DNA of 64,000 nt from Thermodesulfobacteriota bacterium (lineage in GTDB: Bacteria > Desulfobacterota_D > UBA1144 > Nemesobacterales > N074bin48). The notes beneath the pieces were generated by a model that was not told the origin of the DNA, did not search any database, and saw only the letters and a list, made by a program, of their open reading frames with translations. Below, one piece after another: positions 52,387-62,413 of this stretch. The stretch lies in the NCBI GenBank assembly GCA_041572575.1, contig JBFFSH010000002.1:1-64000 (forward strand), given 5' to 3'. Made by a program: the position numbers and the translations under genes. Each line of letters opens with the position of its first letter. Within the stretch, counting starts at the first letter, position 1.

Positions 52387-52497
52387 TCCATGTAAAGTTC
52401 ATATAACACCTATCCGATTATCTTTTATTAACCAGGGATAAGGTATTTATTTATCTCATATTTTGATTTATTGCCTAGTGGTCTTAGAATATAAGAG

Positions 52498-53100
52498 ATG
52501 AAGATAATAGGCCTTACTGGAAACATTGCATCCGGAAAATCTACAGTAGCATCCATTCTAAAAAACCTTGGAGCATCAATAATCGATGCAGATCAGATTG
52601 CTAGAGATGTAGTGGGTAAAGGCAAACCTGCGCTCCAAAAAATTGCAGATCACTTCGGAACTGAGGTTCTTAAGAGTGACGAGACTCTAAACAGGGAAGT
52701 TCTTGGCAGTATTGTATTTAATGATGAAGATAAAAGAGAGATACTAAACAGTATTATACACCCGGAAATTTTAAGGGAGATATCCACATTAATAGATAAA
52801 TATAGAAGCGAAGGTAAAGATATAGTAATTATAGAAGCTGCGCTTATTGTTGAACGTGAAAAACTAAAACAAATGATAGATAAGTTAATTGTTGTTAACA
52901 CCTCTGAAAAAACCCAGATGGAAAGATTAATGAGAAGAAATGACTATTCTGCAAAGCAGGCTCAGGCAAGAATTAACTCTCAGATGCCTGCTGAGCAAAA
53001 AATTAAGCATGCTGATTATATTATCAATAACGATTCTGATCTTGAGCATCTTTCCAATCAGACAAAAGAAATCTGGGATGAGCTGCAATTAGATGATTAA
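52498..53100 (+). CDS. coaE: Dephospho-CoA kinase
   Basis: IGLTGNIASGKSTV, IDADQIA, HP.I, RINSQM. Confidence 0.95.
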   Translation: MKIIGLTGNIASGKSTVASILKNLGASIIDADQIARDVVGKGKPALQKIADHFGTEVLKSDETLNREVLGSIVFNDEDKREILNSIIHPEILREISTLIDKYRSEGKDIVIIEAALIVEREKLKQMIDKLIVVNTSEKTQMERLMRRNDYSAKQAQARINSQMPAEQKIKHADYIINNDSDLEHLSNQTKEIWDELQLDD

Positions 53101-53291
53101 GCACAGAGAAATAAAAGTATATAACTGTTGTCTTAATGAATAAATTTCATTTTGATTAGAATCATTAAATCTGTTATATTGCAGAGGTTTTATGAGTTAA
53201 TATCTCACTTTATTATTAATACATCTGGACTAATGTATAAAATAAAATTGAACTAATATTCTGTTAGGCAAACATTGTAGGAGTAAGCACT

Positions 53292-54836
53292 ATGCAAGAG
53301 AAAATAGATTTACTTGAACAGAAGAACAAAGAAGCAGAGCTTGGCGGTGGAGAGAACAGGATTAAAAAGATACATGAATCCGGTAAGCTTACGGCAAGAG
53401 AGAGAATAAACCTTCTACTGGATAAAAACTCCTTTGTAGAACTCGATAAATTTGCTGTGCACAAATGCACTGACTTTGGAATGGAAAAAAAGAAATTCCT
53501 CGGTGACGGCGTAGTAACAGGCCACGGAAAGATTAACGGCAGGCAGGTTTTTGTATTTGCGCAGGATTTTTCAGTATTCGGCGGTTCTCTCGGACTTGTT
53601 CATGCAAAAAAAATTACAAAACTAATGGATATGGCGCTTCAGGTAGGTGCCCCGGTAATAGGACTAAATGATTCAGGTGGGGCAAGAATCCAGGAAGGAG
53701 TCGAGAGCCTAGGGGGTTATGCAGATATATTTTTAAGAAATGTGCTCTCATCCGGAGTAGTTCCGCAAATATCAGCCGTAATGGGTCCATGCGCAGGCGG
53801 TGCTGTATATTCCCCTGCTATTACCGACTTCATTATTATGGTTAAGAACACAAGCTATATGTTCATCACAGGACCGGATGTTATTAAAACTGTTACTCAT
53901 GAAGAAGTTGACAGAGAAGAGCTTGGTGGCGCTGATGTGCATAACGCTACAAGCGGAGTAGCTCATTTTTCTGTAGAGGACGACAATGACTGCATTTTAT
54001 ATATTAAAGAGCTTTTAAGCTTCCTGCCTTCCAATAATTTAGAAGACCCGCCGGCTATAGCATGTGATGATCCTGTGGACAGAAAAGAGATGTCACTAAG
54101 AGAGATCGTCCCTGATAATGCCAACAAACCTTATGACATTAAAGAAGTAATAAGAAAAGTAGTAGATAATGAATATTTTTTCGAAGTACAAGAACAGTAT
54201 GCAAAAAATATAGTCTGCGGATTTGCCAGAATGAACGGTAAGGTTGTTGGTATAGTAGGTAATCAGCCAAATGTGCTTGCAGGATGTCTTGATATTGATG
54301 CTTCAATTAAAGGCGCAAGATTTGTAAGATTTTGCGATTGTTTTAATATTCCGCTTTTGTCATTTGTAGACGTACCGGGATTTCTGCCTGGAACCTCACA
54401 GGAATGGAACGGAATAATAAAGCACGGCGCAAAACTTCTATATGCATACTGCGAAGCTACTGTTCCAAGAGTTACCGTAATTACAAGAAAGGCATACGGC
54501 GGAGCCTATGATGTTATGTCATCAAAGCACATCAGGGGGGATTTTAATTTTGCATACCCAACAGCAGAGATTGCTGTTATGGGTTCTGAAGGTGCTGTTA
54601 ATATTATCTCCAGAGCAGAGATTGCAGGAGCTGACGATCCGGACAGCGAAAGACTAAGGCTAACAAATGAATATAAGGAAAATTTTGCAAACCCCTACAG
54701 GGCAGCAGAACTAGGATATATAGATGAAGTGATCTTGCCAGAAGACACAAGATCACGCGTAATTGGAGCGTTTGAGCTTCTGGAAGGTAAAAGACAGACG
54801 AATCCACCTAAGAAACACGGCAATATTCCATTATAG
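53292..54836 (+). CDS. pccB: Acyl-CoA carboxylase carboxyltransferase (PccB-like)
   Basis: [46 protein letters not shown]. Confidence 0.93.
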   Translation: MQEKIDLLEQKNKEAELGGGENRIKKIHESGKLTARERINLLLDKNSFVELDKFAVHKCTDFGMEKKKFLGDGVVTGHGKINGRQVFVFAQDFSVFGGSLGLVHAKKITKLMDMALQVGAPVIGLNDSGGARIQEGVESLGGYADIFLRNVLSSGVVPQISAVMGPCAGGAVYSPAITDFIIMVKNTSYMFITGPDVIKTVTHEEVDREELGGADVHNATSGVAHFSVEDDNDCILYIKELLSFLPSNNLEDPPAIACDDPVDRKEMSLREIVPDNANKPYDIKEVIRKVVDNEYFFEVQEQYAKNIVCGFARMNGKVVGIVGNQPNVLAGCLDIDASIKGARFVRFCDCFNIPLLSFVDVPGFLPGTSQEWNGIIKHGAKLLYAYCEATVPRVTVITRKAYGGAYDVMSSKHIRGDFNFAYPTAEIAVMGSEGAVNIISRAEIAGADDPDSERLRLTNEYKENFANPYRAAELGYIDEVILPEDTRSRVIGAFELLEGKRQTNPPKKHGNIPL

Positions 54837-54856
54837 AGAATAAAAAGGAACAACGA

Positions 54857-56356
54857 ATGTTTAATAAAATATTAATAGCGAATAGAGGTGAAATAGCTGT
54901 AAGGATTATAAGAGCCTGTAAGGAGCTTGGAATAAGCACTGTGGCGGTTTACTCTGAAGCAGACAGAAAATCTCTTCATGTAATCCTTGCAGATGAGGCT
55001 TATCATATCGGCCCGCCCGCTCCGAACAAGAGCTACCTGGTTAAAGAAAAGATAATAGAAGTAGCAAAGAAATCAGGAGCTGAAGCTATTCACCCAGGCT
55101 TTGGATTTTTATCAGAAAATGAAAGTTTTGCCGATCTGTGTGAAAAGGAAGGAATAGTATTTATAGGTCCAAGCTCTGAAGCAATCAGACTCATGGGTGA
55201 TAAGATTACCGCAAGGAAAATTGCTCAGGAAGCAAAAGTACCTCTTGTTCCCGGGTCAGACGGAGCAGTAACAGATGTTCAGGCCGGAGTTATAGCAGAT
55301 AAAATCGGTTACCCCGTGATGATAAAGGCTTCAGCCGGTGGCGGCGGTAAAGGAATGAGACTGGTACGGAATAAAGAAGATTTCGAAAGCTCACTGCGTA
55401 TGGCAAGAAGCGAAGCAAGGGGAGCTTTTGGAGATGATTCAGTATATGTAGAAAGGTTTGTAGAAAATCCTCGTCATATTGAAATTCAGATCCTTGCAGA
55501 CTCTCACGGAAATGTACTCCATCTTTTTGAGCGTGAGTGTTCAATACAGAGAAGACACCAGAAGGTAATCGAAGAAGCTCCGTCGGGTTTTATAAGCGCT
55601 TCTACAAGAAAGAAGATGGGTGAGGTAGCTGTAAGGATTGCAAAAGCCGTTAACTACAGAGGAGCGGGAACAGTAGAATTTATTATGGATCAGAAGCAAA
55701 ATTTCTACTTTTTGGAAATGAACACCCGAATTCAGGTAGAGCATCCTGTAACAGAGATGATAACAGGGCTAGATATAGTAAAGTGGATGGTTAGAATTGC
55801 AGATGGACAAAAACTTCCATTCAAACAAAGCAAATTACAGATTAAAGGACACGCTCTGGAATGCAGGGTATATGCCGAAGACCCTGAAATGAATTTCATT
55901 CCTTCCCCAGGTTTACTTCATTATGTAAAAGCACCCAGCGGCCCGGGAATAAGAGATGATTCATGCATTTACAGCGGCTATGAGGTAACCTCATTTTATG
56001 ACCCTATGCTGTCAAAACTCGTAGTATGGGGAGAAACCAGAGATGATGCTATAAACAAAATGCTCTCGGCTCTTAAGGAATACATAGTACTTGGCGTTAA
56101 AACCAATATTGGATTTTTAATAAGGGTTATGAGGGATGAGAACTTTAAGAAGGTAAATTTTGATACAGGTTTTATCGATAGATATCCTGAACTTTTAAAA
56201 CCTACAAGCGAAGAACTAGACTTACCATTAATTGCAGCAGGCCTGGCAATTGATACTATGGAAGAATCTGCAAACACAAATAAAGCTTCAAAACCTGACT
56301 CTAACTGGAAAACACATGCAAGACAGCTTGGTGTATCGAGGAATTATACGCTATGA
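54857..56356 (+). CDS. accC: Biotin carboxylase
   Basis: ANRGEIA, HPGFGFLSEN, GGGGKGMR, RECSIQRRHQK, EMNTRIQVEHPVTE. Confidence 0.95.
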   Translation: MFNKILIANRGEIAVRIIRACKELGISTVAVYSEADRKSLHVILADEAYHIGPPAPNKSYLVKEKIIEVAKKSGAEAIHPGFGFLSENESFADLCEKEGIVFIGPSSEAIRLMGDKITARKIAQEAKVPLVPGSDGAVTDVQAGVIADKIGYPVMIKASAGGGGKGMRLVRNKEDFESSLRMARSEARGAFGDDSVYVERFVENPRHIEIQILADSHGNVLHLFERECSIQRRHQKVIEEAPSGFISASTRKKMGEVAVRIAKAVNYRGAGTVEFIMDQKQNFYFLEMNTRIQVEHPVTEMITGLDIVKWMVRIADGQKLPFKQSKLQIKGHALECRVYAEDPEMNFIPSPGLLHYVKAPSGPGIRDDSCIYSGYEVTSFYDPMLSKLVVWGETRDDAINKMLSALKEYIVLGVKTNIGFLIRVMRDENFKKVNFDTGFIDRYPELLKPTSEELDLPLIAAGLAIDTMEESANTNKASKPDSNWKTHARQLGVSRNYTL

Positions 56357-56847
56357 CATACTCATTTAAACACGACAATCAGATCTATAAACTAAACTTC
56401 GAAAACGATGGTGGAAACCTGACTGTAGAACTCGAGGACTCTAAAAAAAAGGTTGAATTTAAAAAGCTCGACGACTACCTTTATTCGATAATTATTAACG
56501 GCAAATCACACAATCTTGCTGTCATGAAAAAAGGCAAGGAAATCCAGGTCTTCTACCAGGGTAACATCTATAATTTTGAAGCTGTATCAGAACTCGAACA
56601 AGCCAGAGGCGGAGCAGCAGGCGGTGGCGCTAATCAGATTACTGCTCCAATGCCAAGCAGAATCGTTAAACTTCTAAAGGGCGAAGGTGATGCAGTGGAG
56701 GAAGGTGAAGGAGTAATAGTTGTTGAAGCCATGAAAATGGAGAGCGAACTAAAAGCATCTCTTAGTGGCACTGTAAAAGATATTAAAGTAGCAGAAGGTG
56801 ATACGGTTGAAGGTGGAGCCGTTTTGGTAGTTTTATCTGCTGAATAA
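56353..56847 (+). CDS. Biotin carboxyl carrier protein with N-terminal BT-like domain
   Basis: APMP and EAMKME biotinylation motifs. Confidence 0.92.
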   Translation: MTYSFKHDNQIYKLNFENDGGNLTVELEDSKKKVEFKKLDDYLYSIIINGKSHNLAVMKKGKEIQVFYQGNIYNFEAVSELEQARGGAAGGGANQITAPMPSRIVKLLKGEGDAVEEGEGVIVVEAMKMESELKASLSGTVKDIKVAEGDTVEGGAVLVVLSAE

Positions 56848-56922
56848 TTTTTTGCTATAGTTATACTCTTGAGTAGTCTTTTATTTATCTTCTAAAAAAA
56901 CTTAAATACCGGAAGGTATCAT

Positions 56923-58551
56923 ATGAAAAAATTAATATTTTTTCTCTTTTTAACCTCATTTACTTTTTTAAGCTGCGGCACGCAGGAAACTTCAGAAGAT
57001 AAATCTGCCGGATCACAATCAATCTTAAGAGACTCTCTTAGAATAAATATAGGAAGTGAGCCCCCCACTCTGGACTGGTCAAGATCCACAGACAGCACAT
57101 CATATTCGATATTAATCAATATAATGGAGGGTCTAACCACCTTTGGGGATGATTATAAACCAGTACCAGCGCTTGCTCAAAGTTGGCAGATAAGTGAAGA
57201 CGGCAAAACTTATACTTTTAAACTTAGAGAAAATGTTAAGTGGACTGATGGCAGACCGCTTGAAGCCAAGGATTTTGAATACTCATGGAAAAGGCTCCTT
57301 AGCCCGGAAACAGGTGCGGATTATGCCTACTTTCTTTATGATATAGAAAATGCCCAAGAATATAATACTGGCAAGATCAAAGATAAAAATAGTATTGGAA
57401 TTAAAACAATTGATAACACTACATTAGAGGTCACATTAAAAAGACCAGCATCTTATTTCCTTAGCATCGTAAGCTTCATGTCCACTTTTCCAATGAGAGA
57501 AGATATCATTGAAAAATATGGGATCAAGTGGACAGAGCCTGAAAACATGGTCACTTTGGGAGCATATAAACTACAAAGCTGGAAGCACCATGACAAGCTT
57601 ATAATTGTTAGATATGACAATTATTGGGGCAAAAAACCTGCAATAAAAAATGTTGAAATGATCATGAATGAAAATCAGTCCTCAGCTCTTGCTCTTTATG
57701 AGAGTGGTGAGCTTGATTATGTAGATACAAAAAGCATGCCTCACCTGGAAATCCCGCGCCTAAGACTATCACCCGATTTTCGTACACAACCACAATTTAC
57801 AGTGAATTATCTGGGTTTTAATACGAAAAAAGCCCCTTTTGATAACCCTCTTGTAAGAAAAGCGTTCTCTGCATCCATAAACAGGCGAAATATTTCTGAA
57901 GTAGTCCAGGGAGGAGGCATTCCGGCAACCTCATGGATACCTAAAGGAATGCTGGCATATAATGAAGATATTGGTATAGATTTTGATCCAGATATGGCAA
58001 AAGAACTTCTAAAGCAGGCCGGTTTTTCTAACCCTGAAGATTTTCCCAAGATCACATTCTTATACCCGGATGTAAGGAACAACCGTATAATTGCAGAATC
58101 TATGCAAAGTATGTGGAAAGAATACTTAGGCATTGATGTAGAGCTTATAAATCAGGAGTGGAAAGTGTATCTTGATACAGTAACCACAGACCCACCTCAT
58201 ATTTACAGAGCAGGTTGGGCAGCAGATTTTCCAGACCCTCATAACTTTATGAACCTGTTTGGGTGCAGCAGCGGAAATAATAACACCAGATGGTGCAATC
58301 CTGAATATGATAAACTTGTAGAAAGTGCCGCGGGGCAGCTTGATGAGAATAAAAGAAGGGTACTTTACAATAAAGCTCAGATAATACTTATTGAAACCGA
58401 CGTACCGATAGCCCCGTTTCTATTATCTATACAGCAAAGCATGTTAAAGCCTTACGTGCAGGGGCTTGAGCCAAACCCACTGGGGTTTATCTTCTTTAAC
58501 AGGGTTTCATTTAAAGATGGAACCCCTGCATCAATTTCATCTGAAAAATAA
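56923..58551 (+). CDS. oppA: OppA-like peptide ABC substrate-binding lipoprotein
   Basis: Lipobox FLSC; EPPTLD, PALAQSW.IS.DGKTYTFKLR..KWTDG, GWAADFPDP.NF. Confidence 0.88.
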   Translation: MKKLIFFLFLTSFTFLSCGTQETSEDKSAGSQSILRDSLRINIGSEPPTLDWSRSTDSTSYSILINIMEGLTTFGDDYKPVPALAQSWQISEDGKTYTFKLRENVKWTDGRPLEAKDFEYSWKRLLSPETGADYAYFLYDIENAQEYNTGKIKDKNSIGIKTIDNTTLEVTLKRPASYFLSIVSFMSTFPMREDIIEKYGIKWTEPENMVTLGAYKLQSWKHHDKLIIVRYDNYWGKKPAIKNVEMIMNENQSSALALYESGELDYVDTKSMPHLEIPRLRLSPDFRTQPQFTVNYLGFNTKKAPFDNPLVRKAFSASINRRNISEVVQGGGIPATSWIPKGMLAYNEDIGIDFDPDMAKELLKQAGFSNPEDFPKITFLYPDVRNNRIIAESMQSMWKEYLGIDVELINQEWKVYLDTVTTDPPHIYRAGWAADFPDPHNFMNLFGCSSGNNNTRWCNPEYDKLVESAAGQLDENKRRVLYNKAQIILIETDVPIAPFLLSIQQSMLKPYVQGLEPNPLGFIFFNRVSFKDGTPASISSEK

Positions 58552-58553
58552 TT

Positions 58554-59606
58554 CTACTTGTTTTTAAAGTAAGGAATGATTTTCTTTGCATAAGTCTGAA
58601 GAGCCTTTTCAGGATCGGGACTAAATCTGTAAAACAGCACGAAGTGTCTTACTCCCTTACTAATATACCTTTCGATTTTCTTGATACAGTCCTTGTATGA
58701 TCCAGTGATTGTGAAGTCAAGTATAGCTTCTCTTGGAAAATACTGTCCAAGCTCTCTGAATTTTTGTCTTCCTTTTTCGTCAGTAGGTGTAACATTAAAA
58801 TAGTTAAGCCCGTGATATTTCTTTGGAATCTTAACGTCATAACCGGCCTTTAGAAGCTGATCCTGCATAACAAGAACATATTTGAAAGGCTCCAGCGTTT
58901 TATAGGCCTCATCTTCATTTTCACCCACTGATGTAAATACCCACAGTGCAGGATCAAATTTCCTGAGGCTTCTCTTTGCTTTTTTGGCAGCTGTTTTTAT
59001 ATCACCCAGATACTCCTTATACAGCCCGGGATTTAAATCAATAGGAAGCCAGCCATCCGCTGTTTCACCTGTAAGCTTAAGTCCTTTTGGAGTGTGGGTT
59101 GCCAGATAAACAGGAATGTTATTTCTTTGATAAGGTTTTATTTGCAAAAATGCATCTTTTAGCTGAAAGAATTTACCCTTGTAATTAACATGAGAATCTT
59201 CTTTCCAAAGTTTTCTCATCACTTCAATCGATTCTCTTACCCTTGCAAGAGGTTTATCCCACGGAATGTTATAAGCGTCGAGGTTCATTGACTCACCAAC
59301 ACCAAGCGCGAGATTCACCCTGCCCTGTGATATGTGGTCAATAGTAGCAAGTCTCTGTGCCATCACAGCAGGATGCATTCTGTGAGGGTCAGATACTGTG
59401 CCCATATTTATATTTTTTGTTTTAGTAGCAGCAAGAGTACCCACAGTCCATGCTTCATAAGCAGTTGTGGGAGCTACAAATACGACGTGGTCAGGAAACC
59501 AGACTGTATCAAATCCCAGCCTGTCCGCTCTTTGTGAAAAATTTAGTAGTCCGTCAAGATCAGCACCAGGCATTGGTGCAGAAAGTCCAAATTTAATTTC
59601 CGGCAT
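58554..59606 (-). CDS. LLM (luciferase-like) flavin/F420-dependent oxidoreductase
   Basis: GFDTVWFPDH, HPAVMAQ..ATIDHIS.GR..LALGVG, ADGW. Confidence 0.88.
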   Translation of the reverse strand: MPEIKFGLSAPMPGADLDGLLNFSQRADRLGFDTVWFPDHVVFVAPTTAYEAWTVGTLAATKTKNINMGTVSDPHRMHPAVMAQRLATIDHISQGRVNLALGVGESMNLDAYNIPWDKPLARVRESIEVMRKLWKEDSHVNYKGKFFQLKDAFLQIKPYQRNNIPVYLATHTPKGLKLTGETADGWLPIDLNPGLYKEYLGDIKTAAKKAKRSLRKFDPALWVFTSVGENEDEAYKTLEPFKYVLVMQDQLLKAGYDVKIPKKYHGLNYFNVTPTDEKGRQKFRELGQYFPREAILDFTITGSYKDCIKKIERYISKGVRHFVLFYRFSPDPEKALQTYAKKIIPYFKNK

Positions 59607-59706
59607 ATTATTTCACCTCTCCTAATAGAGTTTTAATCATTATAAACCATTTGCCCCTTCCGAAGCAAGGGGAAATATTTAAGCTTAGTATTTGTATAAA
59701 TTAATT

Positions 59707-60096
59707 CTAGTCCCAAATTCTCTCTACACTATACATATCAAAACTATTATCTGTGCTTATGATTGGAATGGCTTCGGTAATGGATTGAGAAATTATCAGT
59801 CTGTCAAAAGGGTCTCTGTGATAGAAAGGTAAAGACTCTATCTTATAAATATGCTCCAAAGTAATATCAAATATTTTAATACCGTTTGCGATAACATGGT
59901 CTTCTACAAATTTTTCAAGACTGTTTGTAATCTTTAGTTTATTTAAACTAATCTTGATCGCCATCTCCCACACACTGGCTTTACTAATGTATATCTCATT
60001 ACTTTGCTCAAGGTATAGCGATTTACATTTTATAGGAAGCTTTGAACTATCAGAAGTTATCCAAAGAAGAGCATGGGTATCCAATAGGTATTTCAA
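59707..60096 (-). CDS. vapC: VapC/PIN-domain toxin
   Basis: YLLDTH, S.WEMAIK, HRDPFDRLII.Q, IISTD..F. Confidence 0.93.
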   Translation of the reverse strand: MKYLLDTHALLWITSDSSKLPIKCKSLYLEQSNEIYISKASVWEMAIKISLNKLKITNSLEKFVEDHVIANGIKIFDITLEHIYKIESLPFYHRDPFDRLIISQSITEAIPIISTDNSFDMYSVERIWD

Positions 60097-60320
60097 TGTG
60101 TATATTCCTTAAAATCTTCAAGTGGAGCATCGAAATCATCAGATATAGTTACCAAACCTTTGGCAGAATCTAATTTTCTTTTGGGTTTTAGATCATCTAT
60201 CAATACAAGCTTGGCAACAGGCTTATTACCTTTTGCTATAACCACTTCTTCACCCTTCTTTATTTTTTCTATTAGCTTGGAAAGTTGAGTCTTTGCTTCA
60301 TGAATATTAACTTGTGTCAT
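60093..60320 (-). CDS. Phd/YefM-family antitoxin
   Basis: VNIHEAKTQLSKLI..GEEVVIA..KPVAKLV..DDFDAPL; 4-nt overlap with the toxin. Confidence 0.93.
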   Translation of the reverse strand: MTQVNIHEAKTQLSKLIEKIKKGEEVVIAKGNKPVAKLVLIDDLKPKRKLDSAKGLVTISDDFDAPLEDFKEYTH

Positions 60321-60336
60321 ATATGAACCTCTTTAG

Positions 60337-60388
60337 TATTGTATACAATATACTTAGCTAAGTTATATGACTAAGTCAACTTTGTCAA
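60337..60388. promoter_or_regulatory. Toxin-antitoxin promoter/operator palindromes
   Basis: TATTGTATACAATA (60337-50), ACTTAGCTAAGT (60352-63), TGACTAAGTCA (60368-78); minus-strand TTGACA at 60388-60383. Confidence 0.65.
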
Positions 60389-60409
60389 ATCTATCTTTGG
60401 GATAGTATT

Positions 60410-60442
60410 AAAAAAAAGGGCAACCAAACGGTTGCCCTTTTT
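60410..60442 (-). terminator. Intrinsic terminator after cysH
   Basis: AAAAAGGGCAACC-AAAC-GGTTGCCCTTTTT with A/T tails on both sides. Confidence 0.85.
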
Positions 60443-60476
60443 AATTCTGGATAGTTAATTTTGAGTTTGAAAGGAA

Positions 60477-61199
60477 TTACTTACCGTGATCCATATGAAG
60501 TCCGCACTCTTTGTCAGACTCATTTTCCCACCACCAGCGGCCGGCTCTCAGATCTTCGCCTTCCTTAATGGCTCTTGTGCATGGCTCACAGCCTATGCTT
60601 GGGTAGCCTTTATCGTGTAGTTTGTTGTATGGAACATTGTTTGCTTTAATATATTCCCATGTCTCGTCCCATGACCAGTTGATAATTGGGTTCACTTTTA
60701 AAATACCGCCAAATACATTGTCGATTTCGAAGATTGCAGAATCGCCTCTGTTCTGAGTCTGGTCTGCTCTGATTCCTGTAATCCATCCATCTAGGGTTCC
60801 AAGAATTTTCTTAAGCGGTGTTACTTTTCTTATTCCACAGCAAAGTTTTCTATTATCCTGACCTTTATAGAACAGATTCATTCCATGTTCTCTTACCATG
60901 GCTTCAGTTTCTGCGGTCTCTGGAAACATAACCTCAAGATTAAGATCATATTTATTTCTTACGTCATCCATAACGTTATATGTTTCCTGATTAAGCCTTC
61001 CTGTATCGAGTGAAAATACTCTGGCTTCTGGGCTTATTTTCATAAGCATGTCTATAACTACAACGTCCTCTGCTCCAAAGCTTGAAGCTAGAGCTATATT
61101 TGGATGAACATTATCGAGCGCCCATTTTAGTGCATCCTCTGGGGCCTTACCACTAAATTCGTTGTTGAGTTCTTCAACCTGTTTTGCATCAAATGCCAT
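60477..61199 (-). CDS. cysH: APS reductase (Fe-S type CysH)
   Basis: SSFGAED, LDTG, CC.IRK, SIGCEPCT, RAGRWWWE, ECGLH. Confidence 0.93.
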   Translation of the reverse strand: MAFDAKQVEELNNEFSGKAPEDALKWALDNVHPNIALASSFGAEDVVVIDMLMKISPEARVFSLDTGRLNQETYNVMDDVRNKYDLNLEVMFPETAETEAMVREHGMNLFYKGQDNRKLCCGIRKVTPLKKILGTLDGWITGIRADQTQNRGDSAIFEIDNVFGGILKVNPIINWSWDETWEYIKANNVPYNKLHDKGYPSIGCEPCTRAIKEGEDLRAGRWWWENESDKECGLHMDHGK

Positions 61200-61236
61200 G
61201 ACTGCCTCCTACAAATGTATATTTATTTGTTTTTAT

Positions 61237-62394
61237 TTATTTTTTATATGCTTCCATTAAAATCCTGGATACTTCAGGTCTTGTAAATTCCCCCGGCAGA
61301 TCCACGCCTTCTGTAAGCATATCCCTTACCTTTGTACCGCTTAAAAATACATGATTTTCCTTTGCATGACCGCATGTTTTAGAGCTTGCCATGTTACCAC
61401 AGCTCTTACAGAAAAATGAATGATCGAAGAAAATCGGGGTTATTCCCATCTCTTCTAATGTAAACTCTCTGAATATATGATGAGCATCATATGTGCCGTA
61501 ATAATTTCCTACTCCTGCATGATCCCTTCCTACAATAAAGTGTGTACATCCATAGTTCTTTCTTAAAAGAGCATGAAAAATCGCCTCTCTTGGCCCGGCA
61601 TACCTCATTGAAGCCGGCAGCACTGAAAGTAATACCCTGTCATCAGGGAAATAGTTTTCAATAAGTGCCTCGTAGCACCTCATTCTGATATCAGCCGGAA
61701 TATCATCAGATTTTGTCTCACCAACTACAGGATGAATTAATAATCCATCAACCATCTCGAGTGCACATTTTTGCAGATACTCATGTGCCCTGTGTATCGG
61801 GTTCCTGGTCTGAAAAGCCACTACTGTTTTCCAGCCCTGTTTATTAAAATAGTCTCTTGTTTTTCTAGGCTCTAATCTTCTTTCAACAAACTCCACTCCT
61901 GTAATATGATTGAGAAGACTAACCTTGCCGCCAAGCAGCACATCCCCCTGCTCATAAACTACTGCTACTCCAGGGTGGGCTTCGTCTGTGGTTTTATAAA
62001 CAAGCTCCGCCTCTTTTTTCTTATCATATTCATACTTTTCTTCAAGGTGAAGTATTGCTAATATGTTTCCTGCCTCATCTTTTAAAACTAAATCATCGCC
62101 ATCCTGAAACTCTTTTGCCTGCTCGGTTGTAACAGGAAGCTTGATTGGCAAACTCCAGGGAAGCCCATTTGCAAGCCTCATATTTTCTACAACGCTTTCG
62201 TAATCAGCCTTGTTCATAAACCCTTCAAGTGGACTCATGGCTCCATTGCATATAAGCTCTAAATCTGTAATTACCCTAAAAGGTGCTGTGATACTTTTAA
62301 GACTATCTGCCTTACCAAGCCACTGCTCTCTTTCTGATCCTTCCAACACCCTGTTTACGAGTGTTCCGCCATGTGCTTCAATTGTATCGCTCAT
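61237..62394 (-). CDS. sat: Sulfate adenylyltransferase
   Basis: AFQTRNPIHRAHEY, MRYAGPREA, IVGRDHAGVG, LSGTKVR. Confidence 0.97.
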   Translation of the reverse strand: MSDTIEAHGGTLVNRVLEGSEREQWLGKADSLKSITAPFRVITDLELICNGAMSPLEGFMNKADYESVVENMRLANGLPWSLPIKLPVTTEQAKEFQDGDDLVLKDEAGNILAILHLEEKYEYDKKKEAELVYKTTDEAHPGVAVVYEQGDVLLGGKVSLLNHITGVEFVERRLEPRKTRDYFNKQGWKTVVAFQTRNPIHRAHEYLQKCALEMVDGLLIHPVVGETKSDDIPADIRMRCYEALIENYFPDDRVLLSVLPASMRYAGPREAIFHALLRKNYGCTHFIVGRDHAGVGNYYGTYDAHHIFREFTLEEMGITPIFFDHSFFCKSCGNMASSKTCGHAKENHVFLSGTKVRDMLTEGVDLPGEFTRPEVSRILMEAYKK

Positions 62395-62413
62395 TTACTT
62401 AAATTCTCCTTGT

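Noticed and set aside
53152..53165. FNR-like site TTGAT-TAGA-ATCAT upstream of pccB
   Set aside because: One mismatch in very AT-rich DNA, and it coincides with a plausible -35 element; insufficient alone.
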